A DNA stretch of 64,000 bases from Blepharisma stoltei ATCC 30299 (taxonomy: Eukaryota; Protista; Ciliophora): NCBI GenBank assembly GCA_965603825.1, contig CBFDEM010000014.1, positions 186,001-250,000 on the forward strand. Reading direction: 5' to 3'. A program made the translations under genes and the position numbers. Below are positions 47,355 to 59,127 of the stretch, piece after piece (position 1 is the stretch's first letter; each line of letters opens with the position of its first letter). The notes beneath the pieces are model-generated. The model was not told the origin of the DNA. It saw only the letters and a list, made by a program, of their open reading frames with translations, and did no database searches.

Positions 47355-50300
47355 TTAAGGTCTTAAGGATTCTCTTGCTTTGTCTAATATTTCTTGTTTA
47401 ATTCTTGGGTAATCAGGAAACAGTTTCAGGACCTCTTTGCTGACGTCGATGGCATCAACAAATCTTCTTGCTTTGAGGTAATTAAATGCTAACCTAAAAC
47501 CAATTGAGGAGCTCTTGGAAAGTCGCCAGGCTGACTCGTAAAAATTGCTCGATTCTTTATAATTTCCTTCTCTTTCTTTTATTAAGCCTAATAACTCCAT
47601 TGCGCGGCTGCAGGATTGGTTATACCTTAAGCATCGCTGCAAAAGGTCTTGTGATAAGTCTAAATTATTGCTATCTATATATATTTCAGCTAGCATAAGC
47701 CAGCCTTTTTCGAAATCTTCAGCAAATTCAGCATGATAAGGGATTTTTGCGAGGCTTCGGAGCTGATGTTTTGCGTCTTCTTGTCTGTTTGCTGCACATT
47801 TGCCTAGGGAGTATATTATTATTGCTGGGACGTAAAAGTTATTGGCTTGGAGAATTTCTGAGAGACTTTGGAATGCTTTTTCAATTGTATCTCGCTGACC
47901 TTTAGCGATAGAAACGAATGCTTCTAATGTGGCAGCTTTTAAGCTGTATGATTTTATTATTAATTCTTTTACAAGGCTTTCTGCAGCGTTGACACTTTCT
48001 GAAGCAATTCTGCCAGGAGACCACATTGCTTCATCATTAGGGTTGAGATAAAGTTTTATCATTAATTCTAAGCTTGGCTGGCCGAAAACAGCATCATTTC
48101 TAGCTTTATTCAGCTCTTCTAAGGCTTCTTTCATTTTTCCAGAATATTTATAGAATAAGCCTTTGCAATAAGCTAATCCTGCATCTGCATTTCTTCCTTT
48201 TATTTTTTCAGCATTTTTCAAAAAATCTTGAAAAGCGTCAATTCTTCCAGCTCTCCTCAGCATATTTAACAGTTTTGACAAGATTTTATACTGGTCTGTC
48301 TTATTTTCAAGCAATCTCTGATAGCAAACTAAAGCTTCATCAATTGAATTTTGCTGCAATAGCAGTTCAGCCATAAGCTCTGACGCTTCTTCATTTCCTG
48401 GGTTTATTCTCAGCATTCTTTGACAAAACTGCATACATTTTTGGGCATCACCTTGGCTTTCATATAAATATGCTATAGAAATGATGGCTTTTTCATTCAT
48501 TTCATTATGATTGAGAGATTCTAAGTAACAATTTAAAGCTTGATCAAGCTTTTTTTCTCTTAATTCATAATATTGGCCAAGCTGGAACAAAATATCTGCA
48601 CATGTGCTTCTCTCAATATTAACTTGGTCAGGTGCCATATCACGTGCTGATGCTAGTAAATCAGTTTGCAGTGTTTTAGCGTTTTCCAATGCATTTGCTG
48701 CTGAAGGGAGAGGCTGGAGGTTTAATGGGTCTTCGTTTGTGGTGCTTTTAAGGAAGACTCTGGCTTGGAGCAAGTAGTTTTGAGCAGCCTGGCGCATTGA
48801 GTTGATGTCGTTGACAGGCGCTTTTAATGCTTGTTCAAGAACAAGATTTGCGGAATGGTAATCTTTAAGCCTCAAATATAGCCTAGCAAGATCAGTTAGT
48901 AGCTCAGACTTCCTCGGGTCAGCTCTTGAAGCAGACTCATAATACTGTATTGCTCTTTGGTAGTCATGGGTTAGTACCAGTGCTCTTCCAATTTCCTTAG
49001 TCAAAAAGAGATCGTCAGGTTTTTGCCTCAATGCTTTTTCATACACTTTAATTGCCTCTTCAGGCTCTTGGATTCTCATTAAAGCTTCTCCAAGAAGCAA
49101 ATAATTTTCTACAGACTCTTCTTGGGTAACAATATCATAGTAGCATTTCGCATAGAGCCTTCTATTCTGCATATTATTCAGATAAATATCAGCTTGTGCA
49201 ACTTTTGCTTCTTTATATTGAGGGTTTTCTGGCAAAATCCCATTTAAAATGTTCAAAGCTTGCTTTAAGTCTCCTTTCTTTAAAGAAATTTCACTATTAG
49301 CGATAACGACTATTACTTCTGCTGATGTTCCTGCAAACTCACCAATTGCTTCAGCCATAATTCTTGATGCTTCTGGGAGTTTCTTATTTTCTGCATAACA
49401 AATAGCTAAGTTTGCATATATGATAGCTCTGTCTTCTTCAGAAAGAGTTAAGAAAAGCTGTGATTTTTTATTAGGAGGCGCAGGAGATCTGACGCCTGGC
49501 AGGTTAATTCCAGCTTCAAAAGTCTTTAATGCGTCTGCGTACTTTCCTTGCTTCATTTCGACTGTACCTTTGACCAGCATAAACATAGGGTTTTCTCTGA
49601 TCATGAAATTTCTAGCTAAGGCTTGTTCTAAAGATGCTGAAGCTGCTAAGTATTGGGAGCTCTGAAGATTGATAAGGGCATTTATAATAAGTGCATCAAT
49701 GCAGTCAGGATCAAGCTGCAATGCTATTTGTATATACCTTTGGGCTGCTTGGTTGTCGTTAGAAATATATTTAGCTTTCGCAAGCATTAAATGTCCTTCA
49801 ATAATCCCTGGGATCTGTTTGGTGATTGTTTCTAGCAGCTTGGCACCTCTTACCAAATAATGAGGAGGTTTTCCTGTTTTTGGAAGTGGTTTCAGTCCTA
49901 AATATTGTAAATATTCTTTGGCAATTTCTACCAAGAAATCAGGATTCAGCTTTGTATAGAACTCGAATCCAGGGCTTAGCTGTTTGCTTGCAGCTACATG
50001 CAAGCTTAAAGCTTCATCTAATAGCCTAATAGCTTCTTTTTTATCCTGGTCTTTTTTCCACGCTAAAAGACTAGCAATAAAAGTGACTTCAGCGCTTCTC
50101 CCATTGGCTTCTTCAATTTCAAATAAAAATTCCATTTGTTGAGCAGCATCAGTATAGTGGCCTTGGAGTATTTTACAATGGATAATTTTATTGATAGCTT
50201 GGATATTGGCTTCATCTTTCTGGGAAGCTTCAGTAAAAGTTTGAATTGCAGCGTTATAGTCTCCTAGCAGTCTAAGTTGTTCACCGAGTTCAAGAAGAAC

Positions 50301-51284
50301 TTCACTTGAATCTGGCTTAAGCCTTCTAGCTTCTTGTGCAATGGACAGGGTTTGTTCTAAAATAGCTTGCTTTCTTCCTGCAATTCTTGCAATTGGTTTA
50401 ATAAATTCAATATATAAGTGTGGATTTTTTGGCTCTTTTTGCACTAATGCTGCATGCAGCTCTTTGAGTTTTTCTACAGCAACATCAAAAGAAGCTTCTC
50501 TAGCTAGAGCATGAAACGTCCAAATCCTCAGAGCTTCAATATTCCTATTTGATGCCACAAGAATCCTCTGCACAGTCTCCACAATTTCATCCCAGTCTCC
50601 AATCATCATCTGCACCTTCGCTTTTTCTAGCAGCACCGGTACAAATTTTGGGTTTTTCACCAACATATCATTAAGAATTTCCACAATTTCTTTAAATTTT
50701 TTAGCAGTTTCATAACACTTCACTTTTCCTAACAAAGCATCAATATACCTCGTATAGACCAATTCCCCACTTTCTTCTATAACCTGATCAAAAGCCCTTG
50801 AAGCGCTTTGTATATCCCCGTCTTGTTCTGTTAAAAGCTCATTCCATCCATATACATTTAAAGCTTGCAGATTTCCAGAGTTCCTATCAAGTACTTCAGT
50901 CACATGCTGCCTTGACTTATTGTTCTTGCCTATGAGACTCATAAACTGGCCAGCCATCAATAAGCTTGCATCGCCTGCTGAGGATTTAAACGTCGATTTT
51001 TGATTTTTGAATCTCATGACTGCTTCTTGATCTACAAGTTTGCATTGCTTGTGGTAATAAATTATGGCACAGCAGGCAGGGTATTGGATGTCTCGCCGCT
51101 GCATTAGATTGTCGAGTTCTCGAATAGCTTCAGTAACTGATCCTTCTTTAAAAATTCCGAAGGCTCTCCAGAAGGCTAAAGTTGTGTCTTGGCCTCTGCG
51201 CATCTCTCCTTCACAGGTTTCGATAATGTGGTGATAAAACCCTTGGCGGGCGAAGTATTGAATGGATGTAAGGATACTTTCCAT
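47355..51284 (-). CDS. TTC21B: IFT-A subunit IFT139, TPR protein, 1309 aa
   Basis: TPR array. EGSVTEAIREL, LNPDFLVEIAKEY, IGFRLAFNYLKARRFVDAIDV..YPRIKQEILDKARESLRP. Confidence 0.96.
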   Translation of the reverse strand: MESILTSIQYFARQGFYHHIIETCEGEMRRGQDTTLAFWRAFGIFKEGSVTEAIRELDNLMQRRDIQYPACCAIIYYHKQCKLVDQEAVMRFKNQKSTFKSSAGDASLLMAGQFMSLIGKNNKSRQHVTEVLDRNSGNLQALNVYGWNELLTEQDGDIQSASRAFDQVIEESGELVYTRYIDALLGKVKCYETAKKFKEIVEILNDMLVKNPKFVPVLLEKAKVQMMIGDWDEIVETVQRILVASNRNIEALRIWTFHALAREASFDVAVEKLKELHAALVQKEPKNPHLYIEFIKPIARIAGRKQAILEQTLSIAQEARRLKPDSSEVLLELGEQLRLLGDYNAAIQTFTEASQKDEANIQAINKIIHCKILQGHYTDAAQQMEFLFEIEEANGRSAEVTFIASLLAWKKDQDKKEAIRLLDEALSLHVAASKQLSPGFEFYTKLNPDFLVEIAKEYLQYLGLKPLPKTGKPPHYLVRGAKLLETITKQIPGIIEGHLMLAKAKYISNDNQAAQRYIQIALQLDPDCIDALIINALINLQSSQYLAASASLEQALARNFMIRENPMFMLVKGTVEMKQGKYADALKTFEAGINLPGVRSPAPPNKKSQLFLTLSEEDRAIIYANLAICYAENKKLPEASRIMAEAIGEFAGTSAEVIVVIANSEISLKKGDLKQALNILNGILPENPQYKEAKVAQADIYLNNMQNRRLYAKCYYDIVTQEESVENYLLLGEALMRIQEPEEAIKVYEKALRQKPDDLFLTKEIGRALVLTHDYQRAIQYYESASRADPRKSELLTDLARLYLRLKDYHSANLVLEQALKAPVNDINSMRQAAQNYLLQARVFLKSTTNEDPLNLQPLPSAANALENAKTLQTDLLASARDMAPDQVNIERSTCADILFQLGQYYELREKKLDQALNCYLESLNHNEMNEKAIISIAYLYESQGDAQKCMQFCQRMLRINPGNEEASELMAELLLQQNSIDEALVCYQRLLENKTDQYKILSKLLNMLRRAGRIDAFQDFLKNAEKIKGRNADAGLAYCKGLFYKYSGKMKEALEELNKARNDAVFGQPSLELMIKLYLNPNDEAMWSPGRIASESVNAAESLVKELIIKSYSLKAATLEAFVSIAKGQRDTIEKAFQSLSEILQANNFYVPAIIIYSLGKCAANRQEDAKHQLRSLAKIPYHAEFAEDFEKGWLMLAEIYIDSNNLDLSQDLLQRCLRYNQSCSRAMELLGLIKEREGNYKESSNFYESAWRLSKSSSIGFRLAFNYLKARRFVDAIDVSKEVLKLFPDYPRIKQEILDKARESLRP

Positions 51285-52149
51285 TTATATATTTGACTTC
51301 TTTTAGAGTAAAGAGGTTCTGAAGAGTGAGGAATAAAAGATGATCGAAAAAGAGAGTTTGATAAGGTAGCTTTGAAGGTATTGAGTGCTTTAAGATGAGT
51401 GGAGTGATTTTGAGTTTATTAGGCTTTAATTGTGATATTCCAGGATTTTATGAATTTTGAAGTAAATAAACTTGATATTTTTTTGTTTTGGATCAAAGCA
51501 GCTAATGATTGAAGACTAATTATTTTATTTGAAAAATTGTCAATCACAATAATATAATAAGCGTATAACCCAAAAAAAATAAATTGAAATCGTATATTAA
51601 TTGCACAATTTTATGATTTATGAAATTTCAGTATTCACATTCAAACTCCAAAACTCTTTTAATATTTATTTATATAATTGATGCAAGTTTTATATGTGAA
51701 AAGAAGATATATTTAAGATAAACCCATTTAAAATCGAATAGATCTTAAATAATGATATCAATCCTTATTCTTTATACATGTTAATCATAGATATTCTAAA
51801 ATCTTTCAAACTTATCTGTATTTGGGAAATAATCAAATTTTATGCCTAAAAATACTATTTTTAAAGATAAAAGTTTGCTTTTAAATATAAATATTTTACC
51901 AATTTCTCATTTTCAAAGATTTTCTCCAAGAGAAAAACATTTTTTAATTCATTAGCTTAAAGAATAGTATCATTAAATCTTATAAAAGCTAAAAAATTAT
52001 TTGATTCTTTACACAAACTAAATTTTATTTTAGGTTTATAACATCTCGCACACCAATTACAATACAAATGCTAAAGCAAGTAAACAATATTAGCAATAAG
52101 ATATATAAATTCGCATTTCAAACCGTTTTAAAAGCGAATAAAAATTGAT

Positions 52150-52527
52150 ATGGAATCTCAAATGTGTAGGTGCTGCAAAAAATTTTACGGAAATCAAAAC
52201 GGAATGTGCTCTATGTGCTTTAAAATGGAAAGTCTTAAAACAGAAGCCAATAAAGCCTTGCCAGAACTTATTTCAAGCACCCAAGCAATTCCTGAGGAAA
52301 ATAAGGCGGAGGAACCTGAGCCATTATGTGAATCAGATCGATGCTGGACTTGCAAGAAAAGAGTAGGACCTCTTATATTCAAATGCAAATGCAATTATCC
52401 TTTCTGCGCAAAGCATAGAGTCCCTGAAGCTCATGGATGCACTTTTGATCATCGAAGCCATGGAATCAGAAAGCTGTCAGAAGATAACCCTCAAGTAGTT
52501 GCAGAGAAGTTTAACAAGCTTTTATAG
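52150..52527 (+). CDS. A20/AN1 zinc-finger stress-associated protein
   Basis: C..C.KFYGNQNGMCSMCFK and RCWTCKKRVG..FKCKC..FCAKHRVPEAHGCTFD. Confidence 0.92.
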   Translation: MESQMCRCCKKFYGNQNGMCSMCFKMESLKTEANKALPELISSTQAIPEENKAEEPEPLCESDRCWTCKKRVGPLIFKCKCNYPFCAKHRVPEAHGCTFDHRSHGIRKLSEDNPQVVAEKFNKLL

Positions 52528-52793
52528 CTAAGTAAATTTTGTGATTACTAATTTAGTGTCTATTGCGTTGCTCTTACTCTCAAAATTAAAAGGAAAAAGA
52601 ATTAATAAATAGCATTCTGCAGATGATTAATTTTTGTGAAAATGTTGAAAAAATGATTTTTTTAATACATCTGAGGAATTTACAGTAAACTTATCCTAAT
52701 ATTTTCTAATGAATCTTTAAACAAAACAATATTTTATATTATGTACCATTACATAAGAACAAAAATAAAAATATTTTCTATTAATATATGACT

Positions 52794-54170
52794 TTATTTG
52801 TTTTTAAATTTGCTTACTTCTTCAGTCAGCTCATTGACCTTACTCCTAAGCCTTGCATTTTGAGATGAAAGATCTTTTATTATTTTGGTATCTTCTGAGC
52901 CTGCATTTTTCTTATCCAACTGTATTCTTAAATTCAATACCTCACTTTCAAGATCTCTAATTCTCTCCTTATACTCTATTTCATTTTCAACCTCTTCTTC
53001 TCCTTCATCACCCTTAAAATTCTTATACAGTTCTAAAATCCCATCTTTCTCTTTGACTTCTTCTTGCAAATCACTTACCAGCTTATGTAAATTAACAAGC
53101 TGCCAATTTAATTCTTCAATTTCTTTTTGCTGACTAGCAGGCTCTTGCTTTACCACAATTCCTTTAGACTTCCTCACTCTATCTAGCTCCTCTTTCAAGC
53201 TTGCAATTAGCATGTCATCATTTTCTGATTTTTCAAGCAAAGTTTTTATGTGTGATTTATGCTTTTCTTTAGACTCTTTTAGTTCTTTTTCGACTGCTGC
53301 TTTTCTGCTAGAAGATCCTTGAGCTTTTTTCTTTCAGCTGTCAAGCTCTTCAAGTGCTTTATTAAGCTGTTCGTTTAAGTTTTGTATTTCTCTTCTCCTT
53401 TCTTCAGCCCCTCCTGCTTCACTTCTAAAGCTAGTCACAGTGGCGCTGCTGATTTCATCAGCTTTTCCACGTGTACTTGCCTGTCGTTTTAAATCGTTAA
53501 GCTTAGACTTAAGAGTGTCTATTTGTTGAGCCCTTCCTCTTCATGTTTCTGATTTAGAAAGCTGGTCTAAGCTCTCGAATTCTCCGACTTCTCGCTCGAT
53601 AATCCTTATAGCTTTTTTTAATTCGTCTTTAGTGTTGTGGTATTTTTGTTTGATTTCTTGGTATTGCTTGTCTAAGGCTAGATATTTTTGCTTGAAGTTT
53701 TCTTCTGGAGGCTGAGGAGGGGCATCGTGTTTCCAGCCTTTTGTTGTTTGGGTTTTGAGCAGCTGCTCTCTTAATTTGTTGACTTCTTCCATAGCTCTTG
53801 CAGCGCGATTTTTTTCTGATTCTAATGCTACTTGTAAAGTTCTATTTTTCTTGGCGAGCTCCATAAGCTTTTTATCTCGGTAATCGCCTGAAGCGATTTC
53901 AGCTTCTTCAGGCTCAGGCTTTGCGTAGCCTAAAGCTTGTCTAAGAGAATCGATTTCTCTTTCTTTGTCTACAACTTGTTGTATAAGCAATTGGCACTTA
54001 TTTTGAAGTCTGACGTTTTCATTTGAGTAATTTGAGGATGGAATTTCTTTGAATTCTTCTTCTTCTTCTGAACTTGAAGATCGATCTAATACTTCACCTC
54101 TCTGATTCTTTAGTTTTTTTTCAAATTTTTGTATATCATCAAATGGATTTTCTTCTTCACTGCTATCCAT
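52794..54170 (-). CDS. CCDC13: CCDC13-like centriolar/ciliary coiled-coil protein, 458 aa
   Basis: KLMELAKKNRTL, IEREVGE, W(TGA)RGRAQQI, EKSENDDMLIASL. Two TGA=W. Confidence 0.82.
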
Positions 54171-54375
54171 TTTGGAATTCCTAATTTGCAGAGATATGAT
54201 TTCTATTTAATTCAGTCTCATTCTCATTAAAAATCAATTTTTTAAAATAATTATATATATTTTCTCTATTTTAATGAATTTCTTTATTTGTGATATTAAA
54301 TTTTATGTTTATCACAAAGCTATTATAAAATAATGATCACATTTTTTGGTCTTTTAAAAAGCTCAAGATTACTTA

Positions 54376-55191
54376 TTAATCCCAAGATGTTGGTGGATTT
54401 GATTCTGTCCATTCTCCTTCTCCTTGATTACCCCAGTTTTCTTCTCCCCAATGAGCTCCTCCTTCATGCCCTTCAGGGTGTGCTTCCGCTCCTTGATCCC
54501 ACTCTTCTTTTTGCTTATAGACCTTGGCCTCTCTTGCAACTTGTCCTTGTTCCTTAGCAGCTTTTTCTTCTGCTTCAATATCTCTCCAAATGAATAAATC
54601 AACCATGACATCCCATTGCTGAGATCTGCTTAAAGCTCCCCTAAGGTATAAAACTTCTCTAGCAAGCAGCCAATACATCATTGCAATTGAATTCTTAGCT
54701 TTATTATTAACTGGGATCGCAATATCTACGAACTTCATTGGTGAATCTGTATCGCAAAAAGCAATGGTTGGGACATTTACATATGAAGCTTCTTGAAGTG
54801 CTTGGTAATCTGTGAGAGGGTCAGTTACAATAATTAATCTTGGCTCCATGAACTTAGGAATTCGCTGGTTTGTGAAAGTACCAGGGGTCCAGCGTCCTGC
54901 AAGATATGAGGTTTCTGTGTACTGTGAAAATTTGTAAACTGCTCTTTGGCCATATGGACGAGCACTGATTACGATGACATCTTGTGGGTTTTCTACTGCT
55001 ACTATAGCTCTGGCTGCCAGCATAAGTTTTTCCCAGGTTTTTCCTAAGTGAATGAGGTTGAGTCCATCTGGACGCTTTGCGAACACGTAAGGCTTCATAA
55101 ATTCACTGACGTTGCTTGTACCAAGATGTGCTTTAACAGCTAACAAGAGTTGGATGTCCTCTTCCCTTTGTTGTTTGCGTTGTTGGCTCAT
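54376..55191 (-). CDS. RPSA: 40S ribosomal protein uS2 (SA), 271 aa
   Basis: [48 protein letters not shown]. First in-frame ATG is 55191. Confidence 0.97.
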   Translation of the reverse strand: MSQQRKQQREEDIQLLLAVKAHLGTSNVSEFMKPYVFAKRPDGLNLIHLGKTWEKLMLAARAIVAVENPQDVIVISARPYGQRAVYKFSQYTETSYLAGRWTPGTFTNQRIPKFMEPRLIIVTDPLTDYQALQEASYVNVPTIAFCDTDSPMKFVDIAIPVNNKAKNSIAMMYWLLAREVLYLRGALSRSQQWDVMVDLFIWRDIEAEEKAAKEQGQVAREAKVYKQKEEWDQGAEAHPEGHEGGAHWGEENWGNQGEGEWTESNPPTSWD

Positions 55192-55575
55192 CAATGGCAA
55201 CTATTAAAAATGTCCATATGATGAGATGAAATACAAAAATTTTTAAGAAGTGTTAAATTTGATCATATAAACAAAAAAGTCGTTATTTTGATAAGAAAAA
55301 GAAATAAGCAAATAATTTTAAAAATTCGACTAAATTAGCTCTGAATTCAATCAAATAGCTTAATTTTTATTAATTTTTCTTTATGGATTTATCACATTTC
55401 TATGTCGGATTAAAGCTAATATTACACTTTAGATTATAGCCAATTTGATTCTAAATCAAAGATATTAATAAATGACACGAGAAATTCAATATAAAAATAT
55501 ATTTAAAATAATTTACAAAAGCTATCGACAAAATATTAAGTATAGTAAAATTTTAAATTTGCCGATAAAATTAAT

Positions 55576-56067
55576 ATGGAAGATTCTAGGAACAATATCA
55601 TGTTCAGAAAGCAAAAACCTTACAATGGAAGAAATGATACTTCATTAGATACTGAATTTCAGGCAGAGCAAGCTAGATTAGAGCAAGCAAAAGCTAAAAG
55701 ACAGCAAATAGCAGAGAGCCGACGTGTTGCTCTATTTGGAAGCACTGAAGAGAAATCTAGCTATAAACAAAGGATTAACCAAGACGCGCAACTTCAGCTG
55801 ATAATGAGAGAGCAGCAATTAAAGGAACAAAGAGAAAGAGAAGAAAGGGAGCATGCAAGACTAGAAGAACATAGAAGAATGATGGAAGATCTAGAAAGGC
55901 AAAGAGAAGCCCAAAGAAGAGCTAAACTAATCCAGATGCAGAATGAAAACCGCTTGGCAGCTATGGCAAGAAACACTGATTTGCTCCACAAGAAAGTTTC
56001 TGAAGACAGAAGAGACAGGGAGATGATACAAGAAAATATTATGAATTACCAACCGAATGTTTTTTAA
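55576..56067 (+). CDS. E/R/Q-rich coiled-coil protein
   Basis: Clean 163-aa ORF in AT-rich flanks. Confidence 0.75.
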   Translation: MEDSRNNIMFRKQKPYNGRNDTSLDTEFQAEQARLEQAKAKRQQIAESRRVALFGSTEEKSSYKQRINQDAQLQLIMREQQLKEQREREEREHARLEEHRRMMEDLERQREAQRRAKLIQMQNENRLAAMARNTDLLHKKVSEDRRDREMIQENIMNYQPNVF

Positions 56068-56717
56068 GTTTAAATATTTTATATTAAAATCGAATCTAAA
56101 AGAATATGAAGTTTTAAAAGATTATTTGAAAAATTATTTTTAAACAAAAATAGGCATTAGTCTTCATTTTTAAAGCTAAATTAATTTCTGATTATGATAA
56201 TTTAAATTTTAATCTTAGATTCTAAAATTTTATAAATAAATCCAACTTAAATCCTATTTTCATATATAAAATTGGATAACAGCTAATCATTATGGATATT
56301 AATTAGGTATATAAAATATCAACAGTTAGCTGAAATTGGCTTAAAAATAGATTTTTATTCAAGCTAAACTCATTTTTTAAGGCTATCTTACCTGACTTAA
56401 AAAAGCACAATAGCTATGACTTCCATATATAAAATTATAGATCTAACAATCCAGTTTTATTTCCAGTTTATTTTTGTGGAGAGCAATAATTTAAGCAAAA
56501 ATGACCAAAATTTAAATTGTATGACTTAAATATGGAAAGGAGTTACAGAGGACCTTCAAACAAATGTAAAAATATTTTAATAGAAATACTAAATTATATA
56601 AGCTCTCTCACAATTTAAGAAATTATTTATTAATATTAACGAAGTAATGCAAAATCTGTCATCGTAAAAGTTTTTGAGTTTTCATATATTTCATTTTTAT
56701 GATAATTTTTTTAGAAG

Positions 56718-58202
56718 ATGATGAACCCTGGACCTCAGTCAGTGATATCTCATCAGTATAGTAGTATAAAGTATTCTTTAGCCAACACGTCACTATTAAT
56801 TCATGATGAAGGAACAAAAATTAAACAGTTTTACCATATAGGGCATCGCATTGATGGCACTAAGCGCTCTCTTTATGCACAAGTGAGGATCTGCACCCAT
56901 AAAACTTATAACATAAGGAGAGCAGTAAAGACATACACTTTAAGTGAGGATGCTTATGTATCTCCTAGCGGAGATGACGTAGGATTTAGATCGCAAATTG
57001 GGCTTAATTTATCTGCAATAATGAATGAGATCATTATTATGTCAAAGCTAAACCATCCTAATGTCGCCAAGTTATTTGAAGTTTTTTTAGAGTCCAGGCA
57101 CATTCACTTAATCATTGAACTTTGTAAAGGAGGAGAAATTTTTGATTTGCTTGCCAGGGAACAGAGACTAAGCTCGAGCAAAGCTCTTAGTATCACTGCA
57201 CAGATTTTACTTGGAATCAGACATATGCATATGGCAAGGCTATGCCATAGAGCACTATGCATTGAAAATGTGATGTTCAAGGACAAAGAAAAAACTGAGA
57301 TCAAAATCATAAGTTTTAGCAATGCGGGCATTCTCAAAGCTACAAATTTGCATGACAGATATGGAAGTCCTTTGTATATGGCTCCTGAGGTTTTTGCAGG
57401 CAATTACAATGAAAACTGTGATATTTGATCGATAGGAGTAATTCTATATACAATGCTAGTAGGCCATCAGCCATTCCAAGGCAAAGGATATGTGGAAATA
57501 ATGAAGTGTGTCAACAAAGGAAAAGTTGCCAGTGACCCAATCTATAAGCAGCAGCTCCCCGTAATAAAAAACCTAATTAAAATGATGCTGAAAAAAGAAA
57601 ACCGTCCAGGAGCTACCGAAATGCTAGAAAATGCCTTTTTCGACCCCTATTTCCGTGACAAGAACACACAGATTTACCAAGAAATCACAAACTTCGTTCG
57701 CACCGTAGCTGAATCTGGGACCCTTTTGCCTAAATTCAGATTTGGTGTTATACTAAAAATGTGCGTTTACAACGTGCTTTTAAGAACTGGAAGAATGTGA
57801 GAAGAATTTCACTGTGAAAGCTTATGGAAAGATTTAGACATAGCTCACTCAGGCACAATTCAAGCAGAAGTAATGCTGGAAGCCCTCTCCAACTGAACAG
57901 GAGGCCTATTTCATCAAGACTGAGGCAGGATTATATATGAACTGCTAGATATAAACCATAATGGAACTATAGCCCATGATCACTTTATGGGATTCACTTT
58001 CAGGATTTATGAAAAGCAGTTCATCTATGATGCGTTCGATCTAATGGATGATAATAAAGATGGAATTTTAACAGTAGAAAACTTGATCTTATATTTTCCG
58101 GTTGATTTTGAGCAATTTAACAACCTAATCATCAAAGTATTGAACACAGAAAATGTCACCATTGAGGATTTCTGCACGCATATAAATAAGTTTTCTTTGT
58201 AA
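56718..58202 (+). CDS. CDPK-like pseudokinase with EF-hands, 494 aa
   Basis: RAVK, LNHPNV, ELCKGGE, GSPLYMAPE, CDIW(TGA)SIG. EF-hand loops DIAHSGTI, DINHNGTI, DDNKDGILTVEN. Four TGA=W. Confidence 0.88.
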
Positions 58203-58242
58203 CTTCCTTTCAATGAGCTTATTCATTAAAATGATTATTTAA

Positions 58243-59001
58243 TTATGCTGCTTTAACCTTGATTGGAGGCATGATACTTTTATGGATTTCTTCGAGGTCT
58301 TGCTGGAGCTCTTTAACTCTGTATGATGTTCTGAACATATGCTTTGCAGAGCTCAAGTGTATTTCATTAAAGCCATATTTGATTCAGATATCGTCGTATA
58401 TTTTGAGTTCAGTAACGATAAGTTCGAATGGACTTATAAGCTCGCCTTGGTGACTTTCTGCAAACTTGGCAAGGCCTTCTCTAATTTCTCTAAGACAGTC
58501 AATATATTTTTCTTCAGTCAGCTCGACAGGGATGTCATCTATTCTCGACGAGGCATCATTTTTTGGGTGGAGTTTGCTTATTCTACTTGCTATTTCTGGA
58601 TGGCTGAAATATTTAGAAAGAGCTTTATCCCAATCAGCAGCTGTGATTTGGAAGGACTCAAAAGCACACTCAGTAATTCTCTTAATTTCTTGTTCCTGAA
58701 GTGCCAAAAACTCTTTGACCACGTCTCTATACCTAATTTCGTCATTATTATAAAATTCAAGCCTTCGTTTTACAAACTCTTCCTTTATTTTTCCTATCGC
58801 ATCAGGTATTTGTTCGACAAGTACATCAAGAATGCTAATAGCTGACTCGAGAGTGAGCACCCCATCTTTGAATTCGCTTGTCTGGACTTGCAATTCTCCT
58901 GCCTGCTTTAAAATATCTTTCTTCAGAAGCTTTTTGGAAATAATTGCAATAGCTCCAGCAAGGCCTGCTAATGCTCCTCCTGCAATTAAGACTTTTTTCA
59001 T
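58243..59001 (-). CDS. N-terminally anchored helical protein of unknown function, 252 aa
   Basis: MKKVLIAGGALAGLAGAIAII anchor. TGA=W at 58384, TAA at 58243. Confidence 0.75.
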
Positions 59002-59127
59002 ATTTATATTACAATTCACTTCTTATCAAGCCAGCTATAATTTGGCATTATGGCCTAGGTAATTATTTAGTATCAAAAAAATTTGATTTAATAGGAACTG
59101 ATCTATTAGAAAAAACGAATAAATTTA

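Noticed and set aside
55201-55217. Upstream ATG plus intron-like GACATTTTTAATAG before RPSA
   Set aside because: No GT donor, 14 nt long and no A at the branch position. ATG 55191 gives a normal N-terminus.
56385-56400. CTTACCTG, resembling the U1 snRNA 5' end
   Set aside because: No downstream U1 stem-loops and an AT-rich context.
11319-58845. Antisense and alternative-frame ORFs in the track (11319-11723, 27944-28434, 29258-29593, 58339-58845 and others)
   Set aside because: They are shadows of well-supported genes on the other strand or frame and have no motifs.
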